Of a DNA stretch of 64,000 nt, positions 12,301-25,769 are shown piece after piece. The notes beneath the pieces were generated by a model. That model had not been told where the DNA came from, searched no databases, and was given only the letters and a program-made list of their open reading frames with translations. A program made the translations under genes and the position numbers. Position 1 is the first letter of the stretch; the number at the start of each line of letters is the position of its first letter. The stretch comes from Eledone cirrhosa. Taxonomy: Eukaryota. The stretch spans positions 11,594,001-11,658,000 of the forward strand of contig OZ024746.1 of the NCBI GenBank assembly GCA_964016885.1, given 5' to 3'.

Positions 12301-14211
12301 ATAGTTGATAGTTGAAAAGGAACATAATACTGCTTTTAAAACAACCATATAAAGACTGAAAGGAGGTTGCATGTCACATGTTAGTAAACACCCACCCCCA
12401 TTTCCAAACAGCTTTTGCAATATGGCTGGTGATCAATACCACTTGTGAGTCACCTATTTCTGCCAAATCTTCAATCAAGCCCACTTTTCTTGACTAGTTG
12501 GTTCAACCTGCTAAATCACAATTTTAATATTTCTTCAAATCTGATTCAGATCTCCAGTTAATTTCTACAGTGCCCTTTAATAAATCATTTTTATTTAAAT
12601 TTATACAGAAATATATAATCATCATGGTGGTGATAGTTGTGGTGATGATAGCAACAACAACAATAACCTCAATAACAACAAACACTTGCTCAATCAAATT
12701 TCTAAGGCTCACAGTCTAACCACATGACTGCCTCTTCTTTTTATTTATCTTAAAGGTTCTTTGTAAGGTAGTTATAAAAACCAGACATTAATTCCATTTT
12801 CTTTTTATACCTATGCAATCTGCTTTTATTTAGAATTCTAATCTACTCCCTTTTAAAAAGGCACTGATTCCTTTTGACAAGCATGCATTTCTCTAGCAAT
12901 GTGCAATTAACTTTCAGCCTGAATAAGCACAACCATAAGACTGCAACACTTCCAATGTGAATAGCAGTAAATAGAAAGAATTTAAAAAAAAAGAAAAATA
13001 GAAAGAAAAAATGCATATATGATTAAAAAGATTGCAGTTTCTCTTTCCCATTTCCATCCCAGCCTCTATATTTTTTTCCTGCACATGATAAATGAAACCA
13101 AATCTATTATTCTTATTAAACATCGCAGACAAAATAGTTTATATCATTAGAAGACAGTATTTTCATTTCCAAATGAAAAGGCAACTACTATGTGAATCTT
13201 GTCATTTTTAAAGACATTCTGTAACTACTTTATGTAACTATATGCAAGCATATGTATGTATGCCTATATAGTGTGTGTGCATGTACATGTGCACATGCAC
13301 AAAAATCCATTCTAGGAAGGATTTAAAACTATTAACAGCAGTTTTTACTACTTGTATTTCATCCTGAAACAGCTTTCATGATCTTTATATTAGAAATTAA
13401 AATCCTATTACACAAGTCTAACATTTTTAGTTTTTACTAGTTCAAATACTTAAATAAGTCTAACATGAGAATAATATTATTTCACTTATATAGGGGGGGG
13501 GGGGTCATTCTAAAAAGAGAGCTCATGTTAATATAATTGATATTTATCTCAGAAAATAAAATGAAGATGGCATAGCAAAAACTAGAAGAGTATGATATAA
13601 AATATTTGACACTATTTAGTATCTTTCTGAGTTGCATTTCTGCCAAGGACAAATTTGTCTTTGAATCATTTAGGAGCCAACAGAATAGTTAAAAAGCATG
13701 TACTGGATTTGATATAAGTTACTGTATGTATCATTGTGCTAATGTTGAGTTTGGAGGATTTTATAATGATGGAAACATGGAAAGAGAAGGAATTGTATTT
13801 GTACAGAGCTATGATCCTTGCAGAGTTGTGTGTAAAATTTGATGCAGCATTTAAAAAGAGAATACCAAACAAAACAGAGTAGAGAGTTATTATCTCTATT
13901 AACATTACAATTTTTATGGTAGAAGTAGAAAAAGAAGATAGGATCACACAGTTTTAGTTTAAAATCTCTAATCTAATTATTATTATTGTACAGTAAATAT
14001 ATTACTGGATCTACAGCCTGTTGAGTCTTAACAAGGAAACTTAGACAGGCTGTATTTCCCCAGTATATATGTGCAGTACCGAAAGTGGTGGTCTTTTGTA
14101 AGAGAGTAATTTGTGATTTATGGCTTATTTACTTAAGATACCCTCTCAGTTTCAGTAGTACAGAGACTAAAGCTCTGGTGACAACTGGGATTATCTTGAT
14201 GGTGTTAGGTG

Positions 14212-14617
14212 GTATTGACCACATGCGAGCTATTTCAATCTTCTATAGATCACATGTGAGCTATTTCAATCTTTTATTGACCATATGTGAGCTATTTCAA
14301 TCTTCCATTAACCACATATGAGCTATTTCAATCTTCTATTGACCATATGTGAGCTATTTCAATCTTCTATTGACCACATGTGAGCTATTTCAATCTTCTA
14401 TTGACCACATGTGAGCTATTTCAATCTTCTATTGACCACAAGTGAGCTATTTCAATCTTCTATTGACCACATATAAGCTATTTCAATCTTCTATTGACCA
14501 CATGTGAGCTTATTTCAATCTTCTATTGATCACATGTAAGCTATTTCAATCTTCTATTGACCACATGTGAGCTTATTTCAATCTTCTATTGATCATATGT
14601 GAGCTATTTCAATCTTC
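14212..14617 (+). repeat. 31-bp minisatellite, 13 copies
   Basis: Unit ctattgaccacatgtgagctatttcaatctt, contiguous, with few substitutions. Confidence 0.97.
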
Positions 14618-16287
14618 AAATCAATATATTTTGTTATTTCTTTCAAAGTTATGTTGTGCTCACCAGGGATGGTAACATCAATAATCTGGCATTCTTACCT
14701 ATTTCTGAAATATAGTGGTAATAATTCAACAATAGACACCTATATCTTACCTTCAGGTACTGAAGTGAGACAGCCCAAATTCATAGATAAAGTAATTTCA
14801 CTTTAAAGTGTTTAAGACACCTTTGGTTAGTTCTTGAGAAGAAAAGTAAACATGTTAATTATTTTGGTCCGAGTCTAAATTAAAATTTGTCACTCTGGTT
14901 TCTTGTTTGTTTTGATATTAGTTGTACAGAAATGTTGAAGTCAATGACATAGTCTCCACAGGCAATATACTATTTAACTTTATAGTAGTACCACAATATA
15001 TAGAAACTGGACACCAGACAAGATAGATGACATGATTCAATTTCATCTCCTTCCAGTTCTGTATAAAAATGCTTTCTGGATTTGTATATAATAGTGAGAG
15101 ATGGAGAGAGAGTCGAGGGTAGTGGGTCAAGAAATTAGGTAAGAATTTACAAATCTGATGATGAAAGATTAAATTAGTTTACTTATTCATTCATTGATAA
15201 TTGTTATAGATTTTAGTTCTACCTCTCAGAGTTACTTTACAAGATTTAAAACTAAAATATAATAAACACAGTACCATTAATACACTAAACTAATCCAGGT
15301 GGTTATAATCCTCCTCAAGTATAAATGGTCTTGTGCCTCAGAAAGTCTCCCTGTTACAACTATTAATAAAATCAGCCTTCAAAATGATGACATCAAATTG
15401 ACCCAAACTTATAAATAGTGGCTAGAAATGTTAAGATATTGGGTTTAAACATCATATATAAAGAATATGACCAACAATAAGTGTTTCAGCAATTCATGTA
15501 AGCAGCTAGACTTATACAAACAAGCCAAAAAAAAAGACAAAAATAGAACACTACTACTGCTATCACCACAGCCATCACTGCTGCCACTACCACCACCACC
15601 ACCTTGCTATCACTACCAGCATCATCATTCCCCCTTCCAATGATTTTTCAAGCTTATAAGTACAATATAAAATGTTAGCAGCCTTTAATAAAATGTAATG
15701 AGTCAATGAGACAGTTTATAAGGTCATTCCTAGCCACAACTAATATTTATTAGGTTTGAAATAGCAAGTGATGTAAATGTTGTAAAAGACAAGAACTTAC
15801 AAATGTTTGGTAAAAGTAAGTGAATCTTTAATGTAAACAAACAGTAATAAAATCATCTCTGAAAACTGCTATTCCATAAGAAATATTAATAGAATATTTT
15901 TGACATTATAATGTACAGCTGTTTAAGAAATGGAGTATTTTAATTTGATTTTCCTCTTCAATTCAGATGTTAGGTTGCGATTAATAAATTAGTTTTGACA
16001 TGAACGTGATTTATTGAACTGGACAGATATACTTTTACACCTGTCAAGGAAGGACTATAAGGACTGTTGAGCATTATTTCTCTCCCTTAGACTGACATTT
16101 AAAAAAAAAAAATTCTTATTTATGGGGGTAGGGTAGGGGGCTGTTTTCCTGATGTTGAAAACCTGTTTTCCAACTGGCCAAATATGAACTGACCTAACTT
16201 AAGGTTGAAATAATGTATTGCAGCAGTAGAGTTGTTCAATTTATCAACTGTAAAACATTAATTACTGACATTGTTTTATAGTAAAAC

Positions 16288-17310
16288 ACAACCACCGCTC
16301 CATATTTGCTTCCGGATTTCTCTCTTGATCTTTTTCTAGTTAGCCTTGTAGAAGTTAAGGCTGGATAACGTCCCGGTGCTTCTTGATGGTTGTGTCTCTG
16401 TTGGTTCTCTCAGACCACATATCATTAGTTCTACTAAGTTATGATCCGAGAAAATTGTTGGTGACCACTTCGTTGTTTGTAAAACAGAGGTCCAGGACAT
16501 TTTCACCTCTTGTTGGGAGGAGTACTGCTTGTTCCATGAACAGCCTGTGTGTGCGGGCCAGCAGGGATTCCGTCTGTCTCTGTTCTATTGACGTCATTCC
16601 AGGGAGGAGGTGGCCCTCAGGCCGTTTGACCTTTGGCAGGTTGAAGTCTCCCAGCAGTAGAATGTTGAGACCCTGGTCCAGTTTGTCAAGGACCTCTTCT
16701 ATCCTACTGAGGCTATCCTCAAATTTACCCTCATGACTGGGGACATCGGGCAGCCGATATGTCACATATTACTGTCTTTAGTTGCTTCATATGTACTATC
16801 AGTGTGTCACAGACTGAATTTGAATGTGTCAACAGTACAATTGGTGTGACATCTTCACGGATATACAGAGCAACCCCACCATGAGTTCTCTCCTTCCTAT
16901 CCAAACGAAATACAGTATATTTCGGTATATGTATTTCTGCATCTGCTATACTGCTTGTCAGCTACGTTTCAGTTAGTGCCATGCATAATGCTTGATTGCT
17001 TATGACTAAGTCTCCCAGGTAGGAAATTTTACTCTTAGTGAGTTTCACCAGGCCTCTGACATTCAGCAGCAGCAGCACTGGTGTGACTTTTGGGGTGCCA
17101 GCAATGGCTGTTGGTATGACACCTGGTCTGGTGTCAGCAACGGCCACTCTGGGTCCCTTAATTGTGGTGGTCTCAGTGTTGGTGTGGCTCTGAAAATTAT
17201 GCAGCCAGGTCAGCTGTCCTACAATCTTCTCTGCCATCACTAAAAATGTTTTTGCTCTGCTGCTGCCATCTGTATCTCGTCGGCATGTGCGTGCCTTCTC
17301 CTTCTAAACC
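16288..17310 (-). mobile_element. Decayed LINE (CR1/Jockey-group) ORF2 fragment: apurinic endonuclease domain
   Basis: Motifs LLNVRGL, ALTET, FRLDRKERTHGGVALYI, YRLP, LLGDFNLP, PTRGENVLDLCFTN and LNFYKAN*KKI, with in-frame stops and frameshifts. Confidence 0.88.
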
Positions 17311-17338
17311 AACAAACAGCACAATTAAGATGACTGGA

Positions 17339-17598
17339 TTAACCTTTACGTTTCCATATTTCTTATGAAATACACTGCCATGTGTTTCAATTAATATTGA
17401 AAATAATCAAATATTTGGAGGAGTTTAATAAAATAACCAATTCTTTCATTACTAGGCTGATATTCAGAATATTACTAAACAAAAATATCTTAAACTAAAT
17501 TATGATGTAAAGATTTAATATAAGTATAAACATTTTTAATGAGCAGTTTTATATAAACCTATTGATGCTTTCAGGTGGTTTGGTACCAAAAGGGTTAA
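17339..17598 (-). mobile_element. piggyBac-type MITE, family A
   Basis: ttaaccttt...ttggtaccaaaagggttaa. Confidence 0.8.
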
Positions 17599-17722
17599 CA
17601 AAAGAAATAGCAGAACATCAGTATATTGCTTGAGTTCCCAAAAATGATAGCATCTCAGGTGTGGCTCATTTTCAAACATCTGATTTAAGAACACTGACTT
17701 GATTTATACTATTTGTTTAAAC

Positions 17723-17952
17723 TTAACCCTTTAGTTTCCAACCTGGCCAAGCCCAGCTCTGGTTCAATGAAATAAAACCACCCATTCTAAAGGTTTCCAA
17801 TTTAAATTAAAATCTTCCAATATAATTTTATATAAGAATCTTACATTAAGTTACTTTTCTTAAATAATAATTTTAGTAAATCCCTTGAAATTTTTCATTA
17901 ATTAATTAAAATAGAGTGCACTTCTTTAGAAATGCAGTCTTGAAAGGGTTAA
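17723..17952 (+). mobile_element. piggyBac-type MITE, family A
   Basis: ttaaccctttagtttccaacc...gaaagggttaa. Confidence 0.8.
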
Positions 17953-19190
17953 GAGGCAATTTAAAAAAGAAGAAAAAGAGAAAGAATTATTGGATTGTAT
18001 CAACATTTGCATAACTCTGTTTTCACTATGACCTATGTTTTAAGGAAATAATACACGGCATGACAAAGAAGTTGAGACTTATCTCAGTGAACTTTGTAAA
18101 TATGACACATGAACCCAACAACAGCTACACCTGTCTGGATTAAAGAAAAACAATATTTTTGGAAGAACAGAAACTGATCCCAATTAATCACAATAAAGTA
18201 CTGTATCAGCATCCCTCTACAGGAGTGAAAACAACAAGAATAAGTACCCAACTGATAAAAATATTTAATAGTAGATAGATTTACAGAATTGTGTGGCTTG
18301 AAATGTTATAATCTATTTGTCTACTGGCTGAAGATACAAAGATATCCAAATACATAGAATGTTTAAAACAACAAACTTTATTACACCCATTTCTCTCCAG
18401 GCTGAACCATATTATTTTTACATTTGATCCCTTTGCTAGTTGTTAGCTATTGCAAGATTGACAGAAAGTAAAGTAAAACTACATCCACTTTGCCTCATAC
18501 CACTCCATTTGCCATTAACAATTTGAGATGAATAAAATTGTTGTCACACTATAAAGTGCAAGTTATTTTTAATGGAAGAATAATGTGCAATGCTTATCCT
18601 AAAGGCTTTAGCGACATATATGAAGTGAAGTAGTGAAAATTAAGTAACAGCTTTACTTCTATTGTTTACCAGATGTAATAAATATTATGAAGGTAATTCA
18701 TATCAAATGAAATGAGAAGGAAAAAAAGCTAACCTAAGGTTAAACATAGTCAATGTTATCAGCTGGATATGGGTATTAAGGTGCTGCTGTACTATTGAAC
18801 ACATACATGGTCAGAAATTCAAATTTTGCTTCTTTGATTAATCTGCCTGATTGTTTGGCAATAGAATAGACATTTCAATAGAATAGAGTAGTAAAAAATA
18901 TATTTCAACACTAAACTTTTCTATAATTTGGTATAGAATTAAACTTAGTATCTGCAATTTAAGCAAATGGACTAAATGTGGAGGTCAAATTTCCTCTACA
19001 AAATGTTCTCAATCCCTGTCCATGAGGGCTGGCCATATTTAGTAGGACATGCTGAGTGTGCAAAACATGAAGATATAGAGTAATATCATCTGCTTAGAAA
19101 TCAGGAAATATCTTATTTTCAATATGTGTGGTTTTCAAAATACCACAATTTTCATAGTGACTTCCCTGTAGTTGACATAAGCTTTACTTC

Positions 19191-19403
19191 TTAACCCTTT
19201 AGGATTTAAACTGGCCATATCCGGCCAGAATTCTCTCACCTCTTTCTGTTTAAACCAGCTGTAACCGGCTGCCCATACTTATGTTCAGGTATTGTTCTCA
19301 AAATAGATATCAAAATTTCATAGATTCGATATTATGTAAGATAAAGTGTTTACCATGAAAATACAATAGTAAATATAGAGTAATGCAAATGCTAAAGGGT
19401 TAA
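19191..19403 (+). mobile_element. piggyBac-type MITE, family B
   Basis: TIRs ttaaccctttaggattt / aaatgctaaagggttaa; high similarity to 51218 and (inverted) 58901. Confidence 0.85.
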
Positions 19404-20512
19404 ACCTTGTAATGTTAACCCCATGACACATTAGAATATTTCTAGCTCCAAGAGTTACTACATCAGTTTCTCTATAGAGAAACTGATGCTATGAAGAAAA
19501 TCAAGCCAGAAAACACTTGCTCCAACAATCCATGGAAATTATTAATAGTTTAGTTATTTAAGCTATGCAACAGAAATATGGCTGCCAATAATATGACACA
19601 CATGCACACATAATTTTTAGAAAATAACTTGGCACTTAAAATTGGAAAATGATTTTAATGAAAACCAAGATTCTGAAAGCTTTGCAAAATGTTCACATTC
19701 ATAGAATAACTTCAGATAACTTTTTTCCATCAAACCATTATTTGAATATTGAAATTTCCACATGGAGAAATGATGTGATCAAACACTAAATAAGAAGACA
19801 TGAAAGCTTCTTCTTTTAGAATCAGAGAGAGATTCTTACTATCAAAGAATTAGGGTTGGTGCCTTTTTTATTTTTATTTTTTTGTGTGTGTGTGGCTATA
19901 AGCAAGAATATAAAGATATGTACAGTATATGTCAAAAGTATTTCAAAAATTAATATTCAAAAATACTATATAGTAACAAAGTAGTGAACTCTAAGAAATG
20001 AGGCTTGACTCCGGTTCTTTATCAAGTGAATAGTAGACACTTTAGAAAAACAAAAAACATACACACACGATTGTGAATACACAGATTCTATTCTATTCCT
20101 ATAGAATGAGATTTGAATGTTGTAAAGTAAACCACCAAACTAATTTCCAGCTATTTTGGTACTCTACAAAACCAGTGTCATGTAAATAGAGTAGGAAAGA
20201 TTGTGTGTCTATTGGTAAAACTCTTCTGAACCAGAAATGATTTATAGTAGATACAAACTGATAAATCCAGTGGTTAGCCTGACACCTACTTCCTCCACTT
20301 GCTACTTTTCTATCAAGATGAGACCAGCCCCTTGAAGACACAGCCAGTTGTAATCTGTCTTTACTGGCTCAGTCAACATATCTGTAAAGACCCTGTTGTT
20401 AAAATGGGGAGGTTCACAAAAGCATAGTTTTTGTTAGCTTGTAATGCTATGCTTAAAAAATCCCCCATAGGCTATTACAATGAGATGGTTGAAAAAGAAA
20501 ACAATACAAAAT

Positions 20513-20514
<2 letters not shown>

Positions 20515-20562
<48 letters not shown>
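20515..20562. repeat. (CA)n microsatellite
   Basis: Directly visible. Confidence 0.95.
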
Positions 20563-20567
<5 letters not shown>

Positions 20568-21132
20568 AAAGAGTTGTAATAATATTATGCAATATGCCAA
20601 CACTGGAGCTGTATAATTTCTTATGGGAATAACTAATGAAATGTATATGATAATAGAAGTGTGACTGAAGGAAAAGAAAAGGATTTTACTTCAATTTCAA
20701 ACAGTGAGATAACTGAGCTAAATTATCAGGTGATAAGGGATTAAGTGTCTGGATTGAATATGAAAATAATAGTAACTCTATCAAGTCAATAGTGAAATAC
20801 AAATGATGACAGTAGTAACTTTCAATATGAACCCATTTTGGCATGTGTGACAGTTTGGACAGTGAACCTAATTATGGAGCAACTATTTAATCAGAATGTT
20901 GGCACAGAACCAATTTTCAAAATAAGGTAGCCTCCAGTAATCAGTTATGCCTTGTCTAAAAGCACTTGCTCAATGCTAGCAATCGGGGTTTTAATTTATG
21001 AGGCAAAGATTGGTCAATAATGACATTAACTTGGGGGGGGCAGTTACCTGTAACATCACCTTTGAGATAAAGGGCAGTGGTATAATTTGCTGCATTGATC
21101 TCAGTAGGGGTTAGCCTACCATTTCAGTTAGT

Positions 21133-21317
21133 TTAGCCCTTTTGATACCAAACTGCCTGAAACAACCCATTTTAAAGGATTCCTATTTAAATTAAAACCT
21201 TCAAACATAATTTTATATAAGAACCATATGTTAAGTAATTATCTTAGTAATGAAATCTCTTAAAATCCTTCAGAAATAAAAAGCATTTCATTAGAAATCC
21301 AGTCACGAAAAGGTTAA
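21133..21317 (+). mobile_element. piggyBac-type MITE, family A
   Basis: ttagcccttttgataccaa...gaaaaggttaa. Confidence 0.75.
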
Positions 21318-21914
21318 CTCCCATGCACTTCTAGGAATTACAAAATAACCCAATTTATTATATCTGAAATCCTAGAAGGATCGTAATAGTTAACTATGAA
21401 TTTCAAGCAATAAAACATTGCTGTATGAAAATTTATTTTAATTTATTTGAACTACTCTTGCACTATATGATGTAGTTTTCTAGTTAAACATTTTATATTT
21501 TTCTTTTAATCTTATATCCTGCACCTCCATTATTTCCATTTTAAGTTAGATTATAATTAATTTGTCATATTTGAGTGAATGATGTTTTTAAATAACTTAA
21601 TCCAAGGAACAATAGCAACACTTATGACTCTTTCCATGGCCTCTGGATTTCTATCATTGGTGAGAAGTTATCCTCAGAAAGGAGACCAAACTTGAAGTCT
21701 TACAACAGTGGGCTCCACAAAAGACCCAAGACTATGGGAGAAGATTGTTTAACGTGCTATGCAGGTGTATTGAACCTGAACTTACAGAGTTGCAAAACAA
21801 GTTGTAGAGTCACAAATTATGTATGTTATATAATCAACACATTTGAGAGTAATTTCTAGTATCCACACTACTCCTACATAAAAATATTATTTTACCAGGT
21901 GGAAAGAAGTCATT

Positions 21915-22600
21915 GCAACCACCATTATCAATATGACAACAACCATGACTACCACAACTATCACCAAGATGACCACCACCACCACCACCACCACTATCAC
22001 CAATATGACCACCACCACCACCACCACCATCACCACCACCACTATCACCAATATGACCACCACCACCACCATCACCACCACCACTATCACCAATATGACC
22101 ACCACCACCACCACCATCACCACCACCACTATCACCAATATGACCACCACCACCACCACCACCACCACTATCACCAATATGACCACCACCACCACCACTA
22201 TCACCAATATGACCACCACCACCATCACTAATATGACCACCACCACCACCACTATCACCAATATGACCACCACCACCACCACCACCACCACTATCACCAA
22301 TATGACCACCACCACTATCACTAATATGACCACCACCACCACCACCAATATGACCACCACCACCACCACCAATATGACCACCACCACCACCATCACCACC
22401 ACCACTATCACCAATATGACCACCACCACCACCACCACCACCACTATCACCAATATGACCACCACCACCATCACTAATATGACCACCACCACCACCAATA
22501 TGACCACCACCACCACCATCACCACCACCACCAAGATGACAACCACCACCACTACTATCGTCACTATGGATATAACCACCCTCACCATCAATATGATGGC
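21915..22600. repeat. Compound trinucleotide satellite: (ACC)n interrupted by atcaccaatatg
   Basis: Unit approximately atg(acc)n-act-atc-acc-aat repeated about 20 times. Produces low-complexity ORFs in several frames on both strands. Confidence 0.95.
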
Positions 22601-24492
22601 AATTACCATTATTATTAATTTCAAATTTAATTACATTGAATGCTATATTTATATTCTTCAGTTTTAAATTCCCAGAAGAGATGAAGGTGGAGGAGAGAAC
22701 CAATCTGATAACAGTTTATAAATGAAAGAGAATTTAGTTGATAGCTTTTGTATATAGTAGATAATGAGTAATGTTATGATAAACATGATAAGGTCACAGA
22801 TACATTTGAGGAGCACTTTTATTGAGTCTTTATGTAAAAAGGTTGAGTCAATAAGAAGAAAAAATATTTTTCTAATACAAATATGCTAGCCTCATGTTTA
22901 CACACAATACATATCTCACAGCTTGAAGTCACTTGTTTAACCAGGTTTGAATGATGTAATTGAAAGTAATAAAATAAATACTGTTTATAAATTAAATGTG
23001 TAATAGTATGGTTCATTTTAATTAAATTTTGATTAATACTAAATCAAATAAAATAATAGAATTAAAACAGAGTTTGTGATATGAAGAAATAAAATTGTGT
23101 TGTTACGGAAGACAGGAATTTACCCACACTATCATCACATACATTAAGTGCTGTAAAAGCATGATCCTTCTGAATTACTAATTGTACAAGCCCCCACCAC
23201 CACCACACACACAGTTTGTTGTTGTTTTTTAATAAAAGACATATCAATTCCAAATATTACAAGTATCTAGCAATGCTAAGGGTTGGATCAAAAAGCAAAG
23301 TGAACAAAATTTGAACTCTGAATTGTGAAGCATCCCTATAAATATTTTGAAATATCTGATATGTCTCAGTGTTAAACATGCCAATATGTTCATCTGGTGT
23401 GGTGGTTGAGTGATTTGAGCATAGGAATAACAACAAATAACAGAATATGAATTTAAGAATCTCTCTCTGTCTCTTTTATATTGTCATACCCTTAAACTGT
23501 AAGCATATAACTTGTATATTGCACAGAAAAATATACACTAAAAGGACTGCCTCTGATCAGCATTATGAAGGTGTGTGTATGAGTGTGTATGGAAAAACTG
23601 ATAGTAAACATTTGAAGAATCAAGTACTTAAACCTCTTCAAGATAAATTGATCATTATTTCATACAAGGTGGATATGGTTATATATAACTTGGTATATTA
23701 ATTCCTTTGAACAAGGTGCCAGGTTATTTTTAATAAAGGAGATTTTTTATAGAAGGATGAACAATCAAGTTGGCTACCACTATTTAAATAGAGAATCTGA
23801 AGGGATGAAACTAAATATTTAAACTTAGTCTAGTATTTTATTATTTCTGCCAATTCACTATCTTTAAGAGTGTAAATATGTAGAGGCTTGAAACATAAAA
23901 ATACAAAAATGTCTAACATCAGTAACCTTTATGATTTACATATAAAATACAACACACTTTTTTTTACTGTTTAGTCAGAGAGGGAAAGTTAATGTCCATT
24001 ACTCTTTTCAGGGCCTCCAAAACAGAAGTGGATATCAAATGCTATTGTTTGTACATCATATAAAGAATAGGGATGAAATTTCATATGTTTAATTAAAATA
24101 CAAATAATACTTTAATTCTTGATTATGGAAAATATGAATATTTATGTTTACAAGAATACATAAATGACAATTGGTTATTATATAAATGTCACTGTGCTAT
24201 CTCTTATGGACTGCATGGATTTGCAATTCGAAATATTTGCATCAATTTTCCAAGTAAATTCATTTTATTAAAACCAAACCACACAACTATTAAAATAATG
24301 ATTTTTTTTCCAGCTAGGTAGATTGCGTGAGAAATAAAAAAAAAAAGATTTCTAACACATGTGGGCCAGCAGTTAAAATAGTCACATTTATTTTGAGAAA
24401 GCTGGAGAAATTTACACCAATTAGAAAATTGTTAATATGGGTTAGAATGATAATTAATCTTTAACTGTTTTTTTTTTAGGGTAACATACAGA

Positions 24493-24734
24493 TTAACACT
24501 TTCTAACAAAAAAACTGCCTATAATTTTCAATTAATTTTGAAAATCAAGAATGTTATGCGATTTATTAACATAAATAACTATTTTTTTCATAGTTCAGTT
24601 GGAACATAACTTAAAGGTCTTTATATAAAATTGTGATGGAAGACGTTTAGATAAATATAAATACTCAAAAACAACCAGTTTTTTTATTGTAGAACCAAGG
24701 GCAGTTTTAGTCAGTTTGGTATCAAAAGGGTTAG
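24493..24734 (-). mobile_element. piggyBac-type MITE, family A
   Basis: ttaacactttc...tttggtatcaaaagggttag. Confidence 0.75.
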
Positions 24735-25769
24735 AACACTCAAAGAACACTTAAATATTTACTTTAAAACATTAAACTGTATCTGATCCTTGATTTCTTT
24801 ACCAGTATTATTGAAAGGGTTTTAAAACATTGCTACATCTCCTAGATTACTTTTAGGGGACTTTCAAGTGAAAGAAAAGATCTAGAAAGATGTAATAAAC
24901 GGCACTGGCAACATTCAGAGATGTAAACATAGACAAATGAAAAAAAATCAACTTCATAATTACTACAATCATATCTCTCGTTCCATCTCCTTTGCTGCTG
25001 CTACTGCCTCTCTCTCTCTCTCAATGATTTTGCACCTGGCCAGCACATCTCTCATGCACGTTGCTTTACAGATTTTAATCAATAATCAACAACAGCTTCT
25101 ACCAGCATTGTTTCCTCTGTAGCTTTCTTTTTATTTTAAACATAATATATGTCCCTGCTATAAATACATGGAATTATAGATGTGTGTTCCTTCTATTGTC
25201 ATATGATCTCAAATCATTGTTATGAACTTTTTCAATCATATGTATGTGTTTGCATTCATGTGTGTATACACACATATATAATGTGTGTATATGTGTGTAC
25301 ACACACACATACACACACTAGTGCACTAATGTCATAATAAATGGAATGTTATATAATGTATTTTAATAGAAAACACAAAGTTTCTTTCTGGTATAATGTT
25401 TACTCCAAATATATATAAATATACATATAGACTCTATATTACAAGGTATATTCTGAATCAAAAATAAGATTACTTGGGAAAAAAACATGCTTATTGTTCT
25501 TTTGTGTGCACATACATGTACACTGGTGTGTTTTCATATTCAGAGGTGGCTGTCACTTCTAAATTTTAACTGTAATTAACCTCTTCATACAGCTGCCTGA
25601 AGAAGCTCATGGCAGCTGAAACTTTGAAATCATTGCCACCTTACTTTGTAAAATAAAATCTATACTCTGCTTAAATAAGTTGAGTATTCATTCAGTTAAT
25701 ATTTGACTGTTTCTATGAATGATTGTGCATAAAACACACACACACACACACGGGTGTGTGTGTGTATCA

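Noticed and set aside
14212-14617. CRISPR-like array (31-bp repeats)
   Set aside because: Units are contiguous with no unique spacers, there are no cas genes, and the context is eukaryotic
21887-22667. Poly-Val, poly-Thr (mucin-like) and poly-His ORFs
   Set aside because: Alternative frames of one triplet satellite
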